Assembly (NCBI RefSeq): GCF_004010195.1
Contig: NC_057724.1
Location: 12,902,417-12,966,416, forward strand
Source: Chiloscyllium plagiosum
Taxonomy: Eukaryota
DNA: 64,000 nt
Reading direction: 5' to 3'
Positions 63,000 to 64,000 of the stretch are shown here, one piece after another. Every line of letters starts with the position of its first letter. The stretch's first letter is position 1. Under the pieces are notes generated by a model. That model was not told the origin of the DNA and ran no database searches. It was given only the letters and a program-made list of their open reading frames with translations. The position numbers and the translations under genes were made by a program.

Positions 63000-64000
63000 T
63001 AGGAGAGAGTGAGGACGAGAGTGGCGATCAGAGTCGAAGAGTGTGGTGCTGGAAAAGCACAGCCAGTCAGGCAGCATCGAGGAGCAGGAGAATTGACGTT
63101 TTGAGCTTAAGCCCTTCATTAGGAATGAAGGTTGTGGCCCAAGAGGACTGAAAAATAAATGGGAGAGGGGTGGGGCTGGGGGGCGAAGGTAGCTGGGAAT
63201 GCGGTAGGTAGATGTAGGTGATAGGCCGGAGAGGAGGGTGGAGCAGATAGGTGGGAAGGAAGATGGACAGGTAGGACAGTTCAAGAGGGTGGTGCTGAGT
63301 TGGAAGGTTGGATCTGGGATAAGATGGGGGTGGGAGGGGAGATGAGGAAACAGGTAAAATCCACAATGATCCCGTGTAGTTGGAGGGTCCCAAGGCGGAA
63401 GACGAGGCTTTCTTCCTCCAGGTGTTGGCTGGTTAGGGTTTGGCGATAGAGGAGGCTCAGGACTTGCATGTCCTTGGTGGAGTGAGAGGGGGAGTCACAG
63501 TGTTTGGCCAAGGGGCAGTGGGGTTGTTTAGTATGTGTGACCCAGAGATATTCTCTGAAATGTTCTGCAAGTTGGCATCCTGTCTCCCCAATGTAGGGGA
63601 TATCACATCGAGAGCAATGGACACAGTAGAGAGGATCCTTTTGGGGCCTTGGACAGGGGTCAGGAGGGAGGTGTAGGTGCAGGTTTTACACTTCTTGTGG
63701 TGGTAGGGAAGGTGCTGGGAGTGGAGGGTGGGTTAGTGGGGGGCATAGAGTCATTGAGGGAATAACCTCTCTGGAATGCAGATGGGGTGGGGAGGGAAAC
63801 ATATCACTGATGGTGGGGTCTGTTTGTAGGTGGCAGAAATGGCGGTGAATGATTCAATATACCCAGAGGTTGGAGGGGTGAAAGGTGAGGACCAGGGGTG
63901 TTCTGTCCTTGTCGCGATTGGAGGGATGGGGTTCAAGGGACGAGGTGTGGGAAATGGAGGAGATACGCTGGAGGGCATTGTTGACCACATGGGAGGGGAA
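63000..64000 (-). mobile_element. Penelope-like element 3' portion, continues beyond the window
   Basis: pLTR at 63000-63130 with decayed hammerhead; GIY-YIG remnant (LEEESLVFRLGTLQLHGI..DF); G-rich plus strand. Confidence 0.85.

Overview
Vertebrate genomic DNA, almost certainly from a cartilaginous fish (shark), judged from HE1-like V-SINEs, SacSINE1-like SINEs and dense CR1 and Penelope repeats. It has three assembly gaps. Two protein-coding features are supported: the terminal coding exon and 3'UTR of BRWD3 (52-644, +) and an intact, intronless, divergent Qa-SNARE syntaxin ORF (59309-60190, +). The ~55 kb between them is a mosaic of retroelement relics (CR1, Rex1/Babar, RTE/L2-like, tRNA-derived SINEs and several Penelope-like element (PLE) families), often nested. 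The most notable signals are: (i) minimal type-I hammerhead ribozyme motifs in the PLE terminal repeats, four with intact cores, including one in a TSD-flanked near-perfect 86-bp-arm palindrome; (ii) the syntaxin's unusual Ala/Cys-rich C-terminal anchor; (iii) a templated ~315-bp local duplication inserted into a LINE; (iv) an ~800-bp element with long inverted termini; (v) a 646-bp inverted duplication across a gap that is probably an assembly artefact. All family names come from motif recognition by eye, not database searches, and repeat boundaries are approximate unless TSDs are given.
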